Source: an uncultured Gammaproteobacteria bacterium
GTDB taxonomy: Bacteria; Pseudomonadota; Gammaproteobacteria; Ga0077536
DNA: 64,000 nucleotides
Direction: 5' to 3'
Assembly: GCA_938082545.1 (NCBI GenBank)
Contig: CALKCL010000014.1
Coordinates: 12,286 to 76,285, forward strand
Of the stretch, positions 39,767 through 50,016 are shown one piece after another. The first letter of the stretch is position 1. Each line of letters begins with the position of its first letter. The notes beneath the pieces are model-generated. The model searched no databases. It worked only from the letters and a program-made list of their open reading frames with translations, and had not been told where the DNA came from. The position numbers and the translations under genes are program-made.

Positions 39767-40322
39767 CGAGACGAATGTCTTTGCAACGATCAAGGTACCG
39801 GAGGAAAAAATCTTGTGCAAGGTTTGCATGTGTCTCCTCTAGTTGACGGATTTATAGACGAGCCGCTGGATTCTAAAAAACTATATCAGGAGAGTAATTA
39901 AGCATTTACGAGAACAGAAGTGCTGCTCGGCTTACGTTTATAGGGATCACTACTATGCAGAGGCTAAGAATTAGACCTCTAGACTTTGGGTGGGCACCTC
40001 TGATGCTCAAATTAATGGAAAGGCTTTCTTTTTTCGCAGCGTTTATTCGAATATATAAGCCGACTAATACTGACACTTCCGATAATATGCTGGTAGATTC
40101 ATCTTTGTAGTCAAAATTGTTTGGAAAACTCCAGAAAAAGCGCGAGTATAGTACAAGCATTTGGTGGAGAGGTAATCAAGTTCTAAAGAGTGGTTATTCC
40201 TTTCATGGCCATAGTAGTGTTTTGCACTACTGATAGATAATAAAAGCTTATAACTACTTTAGTGTTATAAACATAAACACGTGCGAAAGCATAGATGGCC
40301 TCAATTTTAGGTAATAATCTTC

Positions 40323-41672
40323 GTGTCTAAAAATAATCGTAATCAAGAGCTGCTGAGAGATATCCAAATATTGCTGGAATCCAATGAGATTCAAGGATTA
40401 AGAGATCTGTTGGTCACTATTCATCCCTCTGAAATAGCTGATGTCCTCGAATCCTCCGCAAAGGCCGATCGTCATCAAATATGGGCATATATTGATCCAA
40501 ATGTTGAGGGTGAGATACTTTCATACGCTAATACATCAGTTAGGAACAGCCTTGTTCAGCAAATGGAGCCTGCTGAGGTTGCTAGCGCAACCAATTTCCT
40601 CGATTCTGATGATGTGGCAGATATTCTGCAAGATCTCCCAGAAGATATGGCAGATGAAATTTTGTTGTCCATGGATGACCAGAATCGTCAGAGAGTAAGC
40701 GTCGTGCTCAACTTCCCTCCTGATACGGCAGGTGGTTTGATGAACATTGACACTGTTACTGTTAGGTCTGACGTTGATGCGGATGTAGTCCTGAGATATA
40801 TGCGCAGGCTTAAAGAAATGCCTGATAATTTTGATCAGCTTTTTGTGGTGGATCGTAGAGATGTGTTTTTGGGTGTCCTTCCATTGACTACTCTTGTCCT
40901 AGCTCAACCACACGCAAAAGTAAAAGATATCATGGCGATAGATCAACCAGTTATTTGGGCTGATAGTGATATCAGTGAAGTCGTGACTATTTTTGAACAG
41001 CGAGATCTGATTTCGTCTCCTGTGACTGATAGAAGTGGTAAATTATTAGGCCGGATTACCATTGATGATGTGGTTGATGTTATCAGAGAGCAGAGCGATC
41101 ACTCCCTCATGCTGGCTGCGGGTTTAGACGACGAGGCAGATGTTTTTGCTCCGATCCTGACCACAACGCGGCAGCGATCTCTTTGGTTAGCGGTTAATCT
41201 TGGCACTGCCTTATCCGCTGCCTGGGTAATAGGCCTTTTTGAGGCGACGATTAAAGAGTTAGTTGCCTTAGCCGTTTTAATGCCAATTGTTGCAAGCATG
41301 GGTGGAATTGCTGGAAATCAAAGCTTAACCATTGTGTTGAGAGGGTTAGTTTTGGGCCATGTGGGTGACACTAATGCCCGAGCAGTGATTTGGCATGAAG
41401 TTGGGGTAGGGCTTTTAAATGGCTTTATTTGGGCGATTGTTGTCGCTGTTATAGCAGCGCTATGGTTTGACAACTTTGGCTTGGGAGTAGTGATAGGATG
41501 TGCCATGATTCTGAACCTGGTGACCGCTGGGCTTTTTGGAGCATCTATACCCTTATTGCTTAAAAAAATAAATATAGATCCAGCCTTAGCAGGAGGGGTA
41601 GTCCTGACGACTGTGACAGACATTGTTGGCTTTTTGGCTTTCTTAGGACTCGCGTCGCGATTTCTGGTGTAG
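40323..41672 (+). CDS. mgtE: Magnesium transporter MgtE (GTG start)
   Basis: N-domain, tandem CBS, 5-TM C-terminal domain; AGGT SD-like 10 nt upstream. Confidence 0.9.
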   Translation: MSKNNRNQELLRDIQILLESNEIQGLRDLLVTIHPSEIADVLESSAKADRHQIWAYIDPNVEGEILSYANTSVRNSLVQQMEPAEVASATNFLDSDDVADILQDLPEDMADEILLSMDDQNRQRVSVVLNFPPDTAGGLMNIDTVTVRSDVDADVVLRYMRRLKEMPDNFDQLFVVDRRDVFLGVLPLTTLVLAQPHAKVKDIMAIDQPVIWADSDISEVVTIFEQRDLISSPVTDRSGKLLGRITIDDVVDVIREQSDHSLMLAAGLDDEADVFAPILTTTRQRSLWLAVNLGTALSAAWVIGLFEATIKELVALAVLMPIVASMGGIAGNQSLTIVLRGLVLGHVGDTNARAVIWHEVGVGLLNGFIWAIVVAVIAALWFDNFGLGVVIGCAMILNLVTAGLFGASIPLLLKKINIDPALAGGVVLTTVTDIVGFLAFLGLASRFLV

Positions 41673-41888
41673 AGAGAATAAAACTAGGAATATAGTATTT
41701 ATGTGTTAATATGTTTGATGCAGACGTTATGTTGTAAAAATGAGACAACAGCGTCGGCTAAAGTTAATAATGTTTCATTTATGGAAAGAAGCAGGGAGCT
41801 TTTGCAACGACTGGGTTGTTGTTAATCTATAATGTGAATAGAAGCCAAATATAAGGCAAAAATTTAAAGTTCGTGGGAGACCTACAAA

Positions 41889-42119
41889 ATGTACAAAATT
41901 TCAAAGTTGTCAGCAGTTCTTATAGTCGGTTTGCTCTTAGGAGGCTGTGCTAACAGCGACCTAAAGCCTGCTGATATTCTATGCCCACTTCTTGGCGGGA
42001 CATTAGGCGCTGGTGTGGTCGCTGGTGGTCTCGATGGGGACGATAAGGGTGCGATGATGCTTGGAGCGGCAGTAGGTGCTGGTTTAGGTCATTTTCTATG
42101 CACTGCAGGTGACGAATAA
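41889..42119 (+). CDS. Small glycine-zipper lipoprotein (76 aa)
   Basis: Lipobox LLGGC; repeated GxxxG glycine-zipper segments; followed by a strong terminator. Confidence 0.5.
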   Translation: MYKISKLSAVLIVGLLLGGCANSDLKPADILCPLLGGTLGAGVVAGGLDGDDKGAMMLGAAVGAGLGHFLCTAGDE

Positions 42120-42134
42120 AATCATTCAAGTTTA

Positions 42135-42163
42135 GAGTGGGCGGAGAACGCCCGCTCTTTTCT
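42135..42163 (+). terminator. Rho-independent terminator (9-bp GC-rich stem with one G-U pair, GAGAA loop, TTTTCT tail)
   Basis: GAGTGGGCG-GAGAA-CGCCCGCTC-TTTTCT seen in sequence 16 nt after the lipoprotein stop. Confidence 0.6.
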
Positions 42164-42270
42164 AAAATCTAAGTTACCAATAACGACTGATTTCGCTAAG
42201 CTCTATGAGCTGTGCGAAATTCGTGTGCCCGCAACTCATGCCAGACTTGGCTGTGGTCTCTATGACTGTA

Positions 42271-42624
42271 TTACCAGCTGAATATAAGCCACTGGTTGAC
42301 TATAGGCTCAACTTTGCCATCCAGTTTCGTTTCAAGTAACCCATCCCCATCATGGTCAAGAAAGTAATAAGACGGTCCGACGCTAGGGGTAATCTTAACC
42401 ATATAAAGTCTGCCGTTTATACGGTATTCCTCATGAGTCGCCCCCTTTTTTTGGACAATAGTGATGTCCGGCTCAATCGCTTCATTTATATACGCATCGT
42501 CTGGCACCAAAACTATAGGTGGTGGTGGTGCGTCCGTAAACTCTTTCGCAGCCAACAATGCCCCGTAGCTAATGGTTGCCAGCATTATCCAAATTGACCA
42601 AACTAGTCCCGTAAATTTTTTCAT
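42271..42624 (-). CDS. DUF2782-family secreted protein
   Basis: Signal peptide, about 117 aa; recalled DUF2782 pattern; divergent from polA as in Pseudomonas-type genomes. Confidence 0.55.
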   Translation of the reverse strand: MKKFTGLVWSIWIMLATISYGALLAAKEFTDAPPPPIVLVPDDAYINEAIEPDITIVQKKGATHEEYRINGRLYMVKITPSVGPSYYFLDHDGDGLLETKLDGKVEPIVNQWLIFSW

Positions 42625-42741
42625 CCGAGCATTCTCTCTCTAAGTAGATTTAGCTGTTACTATTGTGTAGAAGAATAGCACTGAAACTACTTATAAGACA
42701 TTAACCTTTGAAAAAACATAACTGAACTTTTGGTCAAAAAA

Positions 42742-45492
42742 ATGGATGAGAATCTTTTAATCCTTGTTGATGGCTCTTCATATCTTTACCGAGCATTTCA
42801 TGGACTTCCGGCATTAACTAACTCACAAGGCCATCCCACTGGTGCCATTCACGGTGTGCTAAATATGCTTGGACGACTGAAGTCTGACTACCCTACGGCA
42901 TTTTTTGGCGTCGTGTTCGATCCCAAAGGCAAAACTCTTAGAGATGAATATTTTCCTAACTATAAAGCGCAGCGACCTCGAATGCCTGAAGAGCTTTCAA
43001 TGCAGATTTTACCCTTATTTGATATCATCCGAGCTCTTGGCTACCCTCTTGTCCAAGTCCCTGGGGTGGAGGCAGATGATGTAATCGGCACCTTAGCTGA
43101 TAAGGCAGCTAATAAAGGAATGCGAGTAGTCATTTCAACTGGCGACAAAGATTTCGCGCAGCTCGTCAATGAAAAAATTTCACTCGTCAACACAATGGAT
43201 AAAAGCACCCTTAATGAAGAAGGAGTGATGAATAAATTTGGCGTTCGTCCCAATCAGATAATCGACTACCTCTCGTTGATGGGTGATAGCGCCGACAATA
43301 TACCAGGAGTGCCAAAAGTTGGTCCGAAGACAGCTGTAAAATGGCTTAAACAATATGACTCCCTCGAGAATATTATTACAAATGCTAGGGAAATCTCAGG
43401 AAAAGTAGGAGAGAATTTAAGAGAATCTATTGAGCAATTACCCCTTTCTCGCCGTCTAGTGACTATTGTTAAAGATATTGATGTCGGCATTCAAGTTGAA
43501 GATATTTGTCTTTCAGGCTCTGATAATTCGTTGTTACGCGAACTTTATACCAAGTATGAGCTGAAGTCAGCTTTAGCCTCGTTAGACTGTGAAAACGTTA
43601 TCACATCCCAGCAGGATGTAGGGCATACCGTAGCAGGAGATATAGAGAGGGCTCACTCAAAGTCTAGCGAGAAGAAAGAGGATGTAGTTAATTATGAGAC
43701 GATATTGGAACTTCCCGCTCTTGAAGAGTGGATAGCCAAGCTCTCTTCCCAAGCGCACTTTTCGTTTGATACTGAGACAACCAGCCTGGACTATCTGGAG
43801 GCTGAATTAGTGGGAGTGTCTTTTTGTTTTGAAAGTGGACATGCTGCATATTTACCATTGATGCATAGCTATCCAGACGTCCCCAGTCAGATACCGATTG
43901 AGGTCGCGCTGGGCAAATTAAAACCCATACTTGAAGATGAGAAAATTGGGAAACTAGGGCATAACCTCAAGTACGATCGTCATATTTTACTAAATCATGG
44001 GATATCACTGAAGGGCAAGTTAGACGACTCTATGCTGGAGTCTTATGTCCTCAATAGTACCTCAACTCGGCACAATCTTGATGCACTTGCCTTGAAATAC
44101 TTGGGTGTGAAAACGACTCACTATGAAGAAGTCGCTGGGAAAGGGGCTAAGCAAATTAACTTTTCTCAAGTGTCTATAGATGTGGCGACTCCCTATGCCG
44201 CAGAAGATGCAGATGTTTGCTGGCGATTACATAAAATTTTCAGTCAAATGCTCAGCGAACAACCAAGGTTGGCGCAGGTTTATAGAGACCTAGAGTTACC
44301 ATTGTTGAGTGTCTTAGGTAACATTGAAAGAGAAGGAGTTAATATTGATTCTGGGATGCTAGCCCATCAAAGTTCCGAACTTTCAATCACCTTAGATGAG
44401 CTGGAGATCCAGGCACATAATTTGGCTGGAGAAGTCTTTAATATTGGATCGCCCAAACAAATACAGGCTATTCTTTTTGAAAAAATGGAGCTTCCAGTTC
44501 TATCGAAGACCCCAAAAGGACAGCCTTCTACTGCGGAGTCAGTACTCCAAGAGCTTTCCCACGACTATCCTTTACCTGGAGTTATTTTGCAGTACCGATC
44601 GATTAGTAAGCTAAAGTCGACGTACACCGATAAATTACCAATGCAGATTAATCAAACCACCAAAAGAGTGCACACTAGTTATCATCAGGCCGTCACGGCT
44701 ACAGGCCGTCTTAGTTCATCAGACCCTAATTTGCAAAATATCCCCATACGTTCCCTAGAGGGTCGTCGGATTAGGAAAGCTTTTCGAGCACCATCTGGGA
44801 CAACTATTATTGCTGCTGACTATTCTCAAATAGAGCTGAGAATAATGGCGCACCTTTCCTCAGATGAGGGCCTTTGCACGGCTTTTAACGAAGGGTTAGA
44901 TGTTCATCGTGCGACTGCTTCGGAGGTTTTTTCCGAGGAAATTTCACTGGTTACGAGTGATCAGAGAAGAGCCGCTAAGGCTATCAATTTTGGTTTGATT
45001 TACGGAATGTCAGCTTTCGGGTTGGCGAAACAATTAGGGGTTGATCGGGCTAGTGCTCAAAGGTATATCGAGACTTATTTCTCTAGGTATCCAAAAGTGT
45101 TGCAGTTTATGGAAGAGACTAAAGCTTCTGCTCGTGAAAAAGAATTTGTAGAAACTGTTTATGGGCGCAGGTTATATTTGCCAGACATCAATGCTCGACG
45201 AGCCCAGGTCCGCCAATATGCGGAGCGCACGGCAATCAATGCACCGATGCAAGGGACTGCAGCAGACATCATTAAGTTAGCTATGATAGGAGTTTCCGAT
45301 TGGATGCAGAGCTCTGGCGCCCAGGCAAAGATTATAATGCAAGTCCATGATGAATTAGTTATCGAAGCGGAGACTTCATCTTTGCAGAGTACCATCGACT
45401 CTGTTCGGAACATCATGGAGTCCGTGGCCAGCCTTGATGTGCCTCTTTTGGTAGATGTAGGGCACGGAGAAAATTGGGAAGAAGCACACTGA
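42742..45492 (+). CDS. polA: DNA polymerase I (start ATG 42742 preferred over TTG 42730)
   Basis: 5'-3' exo N-terminus LILVDGSSYLYRAF, 3'-5' exo domain, polymerase motifs A/B/C (DYSQIELR, RRAAKAINFGLIYG, VHDE). Confidence 0.95.
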   Translation: MDENLLILVDGSSYLYRAFHGLPALTNSQGHPTGAIHGVLNMLGRLKSDYPTAFFGVVFDPKGKTLRDEYFPNYKAQRPRMPEELSMQILPLFDIIRALGYPLVQVPGVEADDVIGTLADKAANKGMRVVISTGDKDFAQLVNEKISLVNTMDKSTLNEEGVMNKFGVRPNQIIDYLSLMGDSADNIPGVPKVGPKTAVKWLKQYDSLENIITNAREISGKVGENLRESIEQLPLSRRLVTIVKDIDVGIQVEDICLSGSDNSLLRELYTKYELKSALASLDCENVITSQQDVGHTVAGDIERAHSKSSEKKEDVVNYETILELPALEEWIAKLSSQAHFSFDTETTSLDYLEAELVGVSFCFESGHAAYLPLMHSYPDVPSQIPIEVALGKLKPILEDEKIGKLGHNLKYDRHILLNHGISLKGKLDDSMLESYVLNSTSTRHNLDALALKYLGVKTTHYEEVAGKGAKQINFSQVSIDVATPYAAEDADVCWRLHKIFSQMLSEQPRLAQVYRDLELPLLSVLGNIEREGVNIDSGMLAHQSSELSITLDELEIQAHNLAGEVFNIGSPKQIQAILFEKMELPVLSKTPKGQPSTAESVLQELSHDYPLPGVILQYRSISKLKSTYTDKLPMQINQTTKRVHTSYHQAVTATGRLSSSDPNLQNIPIRSLEGRRIRKAFRAPSGTTIIAADYSQIELRIMAHLSSDEGLCTAFNEGLDVHRATASEVFSEEISLVTSDQRRAAKAINFGLIYGMSAFGLAKQLGVDRASAQRYIETYFSRYPKVLQFMEETKASAREKEFVETVYGRRLYLPDINARRAQVRQYAERTAINAPMQGTAADIIKLAMIGVSDWMQSSGAQAKIIMQVHDELVIEAETSSLQSTIDSVRNIMESVASLDVPLLVDVGHGENWEEAH

Positions 45493-45617
45493 AGAAGGAT
45501 AGAGACGTGATTCTTTCATGAAAAACGTCGTGTTACTATTCAAGTTCATATTGCAGCTAAGTATGGGGAACCCTGCTTTGTAATCTTTTAATTTAAAGTA
45601 AATTGATGAGGTAGTTT

Positions 45618-46355
45618 ATGATTTTAATCCCCGCTATCGATTTAAAGGGCGGCAAATGCGTGCGCTTAGTGCAGGGAGATATGACAAAGGATACGGTTTA
45701 TTCTGATGATCCCGTAGCAATGGCCGCCCGATGGGTAGATGAAGGTGCGAAAAGGTTGCATGTCGTTGACTTGGATGGCGCATTTGGTGGCGCACCGGCC
45801 AACCGACAGGTTATTCATGAGATCGCGAGCTCGTTCCCAGAGGTGGAAATACAAGTGGGCGGAGGTATCCGTGATGAAGACACGATACAGTCATATCTTG
45901 ATGCTGGCGTTAGCTATGTAATTATAGGAACCAAAGCGGTTACAGCACCTCATTTCGTTTCTGATGTCTGTATAGAGTTTCCAAATCATATTATTGTTGG
46001 CTTAGATGTGAGAGATGGGAAAGTAGCAATCGACGGTTGGTCGAAGCTTTCCAGACACAATGCCCTAGATCTTGCCTTACAATTTGAAAATGATGGCGTT
46101 GAGGCAATTATTTACACAGATATTGGTAGAGATGGGATGATGATAGGGTTAAACATAGAATCTACTGCGACCTTGGCCCGGGCGCTTAAAATACCCGTTA
46201 TTGCCTCGGGTGGCGTCACCAATCTCGAAGATATTCGGGCGCTGGCTAAAGTTGAAGATGATGGAGTTGGTGGCGCGATCACAGGGAAAGCAATTTATGA
46301 GGGGGCTTTGGACTTCGCGGAAGCCCAAAAGCTAGCTGACGAGCTTACAGGCTAG
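45618..46355 (+). CDS. hisA: ProFAR isomerase HisA
   Basis: [18 protein letters not shown]-terminus, TIM-barrel phosphate-binding GG motifs. Confidence 0.9.
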   Translation: MILIPAIDLKGGKCVRLVQGDMTKDTVYSDDPVAMAARWVDEGAKRLHVVDLDGAFGGAPANRQVIHEIASSFPEVEIQVGGGIRDEDTIQSYLDAGVSYVIIGTKAVTAPHFVSDVCIEFPNHIIVGLDVRDGKVAIDGWSKLSRHNALDLALQFENDGVEAIIYTDIGRDGMMIGLNIESTATLARALKIPVIASGGVTNLEDIRALAKVEDDGVGGAITGKAIYEGALDFAEAQKLADELTG

Positions 46356-46359
46356 GGAA

Positions 46360-47127
46360 ATGGCAGTTTCAACGCGTATTATTCCTTGTTTAGACGTTGA
46401 TGCTGGTCGCGTTGTCAAAGGCGTTAAGTTTGTTGACATCAGAGATGCCGGAGACCCTGTTGAAATAGCTCGACGGTACGATGTGCAAGGTGCGGACGAA
46501 ATAACTTTTCTGGATATTACCGCCAGTAAAGACAACCGCAATACGATGGTGAAAGTTGTAGAGGACGTGGCGTCGGAAGTATTTATACCTCTGACAGTCG
46601 GAGGTGGCATAAGAACAGTTGATGATGTCAGGCGGATGCTAATTGCTGGGGCGGATAAGGTTTCTATAAATACCGCCGCAATAGAAAACCCCAAGTTAAT
46701 TGAAGCTGCCGCTAATTATTTTGGTTCTCAATGTATCGTAGTGGCGCTCGATGCTCGTCGCTCGACGAGTAAGCCTCACTGTTGGGAGATCTATACCCAT
46801 GGAGGGAGGAAGCCGACCGGCCTGGATGCTGTCGACTGGGCTTGTCAAATGGCCTCGGCGGGTGCCGGCGAAATACTGTTGACGAGCATGGATCGAGATG
46901 GCACACGGGATGGTTATGACATTGAGTTAACGAGACTGATAGCTGACGCAGTCGAAATCCCAGTTATAGCCTCTGGTGGAGTGGGTAGTCTAAACGATCT
47001 CGTTGAAGGTGTTACGGAAGGACGTGCGAGCGCGGTTCTAGCAGCAAGTATTTTTCATTTTGGAGAGTATACTGTGTCTGACGCTAAGGAATTGATGCGC
47101 GAGTTTGGTTTGGAGGTACGCTTGTGA
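46360..47127 (+). CDS. hisF: Imidazole glycerol phosphate synthase cyclase subunit HisF
   Basis: [15 protein letters not shown]-terminus, [15 protein letters not shown] motif. Confidence 0.95.
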   Translation: MAVSTRIIPCLDVDAGRVVKGVKFVDIRDAGDPVEIARRYDVQGADEITFLDITASKDNRNTMVKVVEDVASEVFIPLTVGGGIRTVDDVRRMLIAGADKVSINTAAIENPKLIEAAANYFGSQCIVVALDARRSTSKPHCWEIYTHGGRKPTGLDAVDWACQMASAGAGEILLTSMDRDGTRDGYDIELTRLIADAVEIPVIASGGVGSLNDLVEGVTEGRASAVLAASIFHFGEYTVSDAKELMREFGLEVRL

Positions 47128-47525
47128 ACGTTTTGGATGAAGTGAAATGGAATGGCGATGGTCTTATTCCTGCGATTGCTCAGGACTTTGAGTCGTTGAA
47201 AGTACTTACTTTAGCTTGGATGAATAAAGAGGCTCTCGCAGCTACAATTAAAGAAGGCCGTGTAGTCTACTGGTCTAGATCAAGGAAAAAATTGTGGCGT
47301 AAAGGGGAGGAGTCTGGCTTTGTACAAAAAATAAAAGAAATAAGAATCGATTGTGATCAAGATACGGTTCTTTTGAAAGTGCAGCAATTTGGAAATGTGG
47401 CGTGCCATACCGGAAGAGAAGTATGTTTTTATAAACGCTACCATGACGAACAATGGATAGATTCAGAGCCTGTTTTGGCAGATGCCGATGTCATTTACTC
47501 CTCCGGCAGCAGAGTAAAGGATTAA
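47124..47525 (+). CDS. hisI: Phosphoribosyl-AMP cyclohydrolase HisI
   Basis: WMNKEAL...[19 protein letters not shown] motif, about 133 aa. Confidence 0.85.
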   Translation: MNVLDEVKWNGDGLIPAIAQDFESLKVLTLAWMNKEALAATIKEGRVVYWSRSRKKLWRKGEESGFVQKIKEIRIDCDQDTVLLKVQQFGNVACHTGREVCFYKRYHDEQWIDSEPVLADADVIYSSGSRVKD

Positions 47526-47529
47526 CCTA

Positions 47530-47847
47530 GTGTCAGATGTGTTAGGAAAATTAAGTAAAGTCATTGAAGAGCGCTCCCGGCTGGATTCAAAAGAATCATA
47601 TGTGGCGAGCCTATTCGAGTCTGGCTTGGATCAAATTTTAAAGAAGGTTGGTGAAGAGGCTGTCGAAGTTGTGCTGGCTGGAAAAAATGAGGATGACTAC
47701 CAAGTAGTATACGAGACTGCTGATTTGTGGTTTCATTCGATGGTTCTTCTGAAATATAGAGGTATTGAACCTTCAGATGTCCTTTCTGAGCTAGAAAGAC
47801 GTTTTGAACGCTCGGGGCTAGAAGAAAAAGCGAGCAGAAAAAGTTAA
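47530..47847 (+). CDS. hisE: Phosphoribosyl-ATP pyrophosphatase HisE (GTG start)
   Basis: MazG-like about 105 aa with EE..E..AD..FH motif, follows hisI. Confidence 0.8.
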   Translation: MSDVLGKLSKVIEERSRLDSKESYVASLFESGLDQILKKVGEEAVEVVLAGKNEDDYQVVYETADLWFHSMVLLKYRGIEPSDVLSELERRFERSGLEEKASRKS

Positions 47848-47892
47848 TATGTAGTTATAGAGAACTAATTAGCTTATATATTGGAGATTGAG

Positions 47893-48123
47893 ATGGGTTT
47901 TGGAATAAAAGAGCTGGTAGTTGTTTTGGTAATCGTTGCCTTAGTGTTCGGTACTAAGAAAATAAAAGGTGTAGGTAGCGACGTAGGAGGCTGGATCCGT
48001 GATTTTAAAAAAGCGATGAAAGAAGAGCCCGCTAGCCCAATCGAAGAACACAGTGAAGCAAGAACTATAGATGGCGAGGCCGTTATAGATAGCGAGGCTG
48101 TTGTTGAAAAAGAACGAGTCTGA
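47893..48123 (+). CDS. tatA: Twin-arginine translocase subunit TatA
   Basis: [25 protein letters not shown] then amphipathic helix; GGAG SD; track ORF start 47881 trimmed to ATG 47893. Confidence 0.85.
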   Translation: MGFGIKELVVVLVIVALVFGTKKIKGVGSDVGGWIRDFKKAMKEEPASPIEEHSEARTIDGEAVIDSEAVVEKERV

Positions 48124-48135
48124 TACCTAGACACT

Positions 48136-48447
48136 ATGTTTGATATTGGTTTTTGGGAGCTTGGCATTATTTTTGTGATTGCTCTCATCGTGGTCGGGCC
48201 GGAAAAAATGCCTGGGTTAATAAAGGGTGCCGGTCAATGGATTGGTAAAATTCAAAGAACAGTCCGCAGCATGCGTTATGAGATAGAAAAGGAAGCGCAA
48301 ACGGCCGAATATAGACAACTTAATAAGGAATTTTTGGAAGAAGATAAGCAGCTTAAAGACTTGGCTCGCGAACCTTTAAATGACGGCGTTTCTTCTCAGG
48401 ACCAGCCTTCACAGTCTCCTGATGAAAAACTCGCTAACGACAAATAA
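48136..48447 (+). CDS. tatB: Twin-arginine translocase subunit TatB
   Basis: MFDIGFWELGIIFVIALIVVGPEKMP N-terminus, about 103 aa. Confidence 0.8.
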   Translation: MFDIGFWELGIIFVIALIVVGPEKMPGLIKGAGQWIGKIQRTVRSMRYEIEKEAQTAEYRQLNKEFLEEDKQLKDLAREPLNDGVSSQDQPSQSPDEKLANDK

Positions 48448-48487
48448 ATTTCACTTACTCGTTTAAAGAAGTTTTCGGCTTTTACCC

Positions 48488-49285
48488 ATGTTTTTTAGAA
48501 AAAATAAAAATAAACAAGATGCCTCTTCAGCTGAAAGTGATAGCCAATCTTCCACTAAGGAGCAAACTTTTGTATCTCACCTAGTAGAGATGAGAGATAG
48601 GCTGCTAAAAGCAATTGCGTGCGTCTTCGTAGTTTTACTGTGCCTGTTTCCTTTTTCTAATTTCCTTTATGGCTTGATTGCCGAGCCGCTATTAGTCCAT
48701 TTAAGTGGATCGAGCACAATGATAGCTACCCAAGTAGCCTCTCCATTCTTAGCTCCTTTCAAACTAACAGCTTTCGTCGCAGTAGTGATTTCTGTTCCGT
48801 ATATTTTTTTTCAAGCTTGGTCTTTTGTAGCTCCAGGGCTATATATGAAGGAGCGCCGGTTAGCTTTGCCCCTAATTGTTTCAAGTACTATTCTTTTTTA
48901 TCTTGGAATAGCGTTCGCTTATTACGCCGTTTTTCCTTTAGTTTTTGGTTTCTTTACTTCAGTGGCTCCAGAAGGAGTCACTATTATGACGGACATTTCG
49001 CATTATCTTGATTTTGTATTGAAGATTTTTTTGGCATTCGGTGCGGCTTTCGAGGTACCTGTTGCCACTTATTTAATTGTTAGGAGCGGACTATCAACTG
49101 TTGAGTCGCTTGGAAAGAAAAGACCATACATCATAGTAGGTTCTTTTGTCTTAGGTATGATTCTAACTCCACCGGATGTGATATCTCAGACAATGTTAGC
49201 GCTACCGATTTGGGTTCTTTATGAAATTGGTTTGTTAATGTGTAGGTGGACTATTCCAGTCGAAGGATCTGGCGATGAGCAATAA
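48488..49285 (+). CDS. tatC: Twin-arginine translocase subunit TatC
   Basis: 6-TM protein with SHLVEMRDRL N-terminal motif, about 265 aa. Confidence 0.9.
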   Translation: MFFRKNKNKQDASSAESDSQSSTKEQTFVSHLVEMRDRLLKAIACVFVVLLCLFPFSNFLYGLIAEPLLVHLSGSSTMIATQVASPFLAPFKLTAFVAVVISVPYIFFQAWSFVAPGLYMKERRLALPLIVSSTILFYLGIAFAYYAVFPLVFGFFTSVAPEGVTIMTDISHYLDFVLKIFLAFGAAFEVPVATYLIVRSGLSTVESLGKKRPYIIVGSFVLGMILTPPDVISQTMLALPIWVLYEIGLLMCRWTIPVEGSGDEQ

Positions 49286-49290
49286 AAAGC

Positions 49291-49959
49291 TCATACCGAT
49301 CTTTTTATAGTATTTATTTTTCCACTATCTGCAATTAATAAAATATCCGCTGGCCTCTGAGCAAATATTCCATTCGTCACTACTCCTGTAATTTGGTTAA
49401 GTTGGGTTTCTAGATCTACAGGTGCATTTATTTTTATATTATGTATGTCTAAAATATAATTACCGTTATCCGTCAGAAAGTTTTCTCTCCATCTTGGAGT
49501 TCCTCCCAGTTTAGCGATTTCTCTCGCAACATAACTCCTGGCCATCGGGATAACTTCAACAGGAAGAGGAAAACTACCCAGTTGGCTAACTAGCTTCGTG
49601 TCGTCAGCGATACAGACAAAGAGCTTGCTCGCCGCCGCCGTAATTTTCTCTCTTGTAAGTGCTCCACCCCCGCCCTTTATCAGATGCCTATGGTTGGTTG
49701 CCTCGTCGGCTCCATCTATATAGACATCTAATTGTGTTACAGAATCTAAAGGAATGATTGGGATACCTAGTTCTCGTAATTTTTTTTCGGTAGCATCAGA
49801 ACTAGCAACAGCTCCTTGGATTCTTGATTTTATTTTACCTAATTCTGCTATAAAACAGTCTGCAGTACTGCCTGTTCCAACACCTACAAAAAAATCATCT
49901 TCTATATATTTGATGGCCTCTTTTGCAACAGCTTCTTTCTTTTCAATTTGAGTAGTCAT
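49291..49959 (-). CDS. rpiA: Ribose-5-phosphate isomerase A
   Basis: GVGTGST phosphate-binding motif, DGADE catalytic motif, about 222 aa. Confidence 0.9.
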   Translation of the reverse strand: MTTQIEKKEAVAKEAIKYIEDDFFVGVGTGSTADCFIAELGKIKSRIQGAVASSDATEKKLRELGIPIIPLDSVTQLDVYIDGADEATNHRHLIKGGGGALTREKITAAASKLFVCIADDTKLVSQLGSFPLPVEVIPMARSYVAREIAKLGGTPRWRENFLTDNGNYILDIHNIKINAPVDLETQLNQITGVVTNGIFAQRPADILLIADSGKINTIKRSV

Positions 49960-50016
49960 ACTCCGTCCCTGATAATAAAAAAAATATTTGGCTAAAGGAA
50001 ATGTTATCTTATTACG

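Noticed and set aside
39767-39880. Possible hpf pseudogene remnant right after rpoN (…LVDGFIDEPLDSKKLYQESN)
   Set aside because: Resemblance to the Hpf C-terminal AIDGLIDKL motif is limited to about 5 residues. The upstream frame has no further Hpf-like sequence. It cannot be supported without a database alignment.
39906-40160. 84-aa minus-strand ORF and 59-aa plus-strand ORF in the rpoN-mgtE spacer
   Set aside because: They have no SD and no domain signal, and they sit on mutually exclusive strands in the same AT-rich DNA. They are treated as noncoding until homology or expression evidence exists.
40150-40322. M-box (Mg2+) riboswitch upstream of mgtE
   Set aside because: None of the long conserved M-box core sequences was recognisable. 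Only a short hairpin is present. M-box elements are mainly a Firmicutes feature.
45493-45617. Nested hairpins (GACGT...ACGTC around palindrome TTTCATGAAA) after polA as a terminator
   Set aside because: The stems are short and AT-rich with mismatches, and no U-run follows. This is too weak to annotate.
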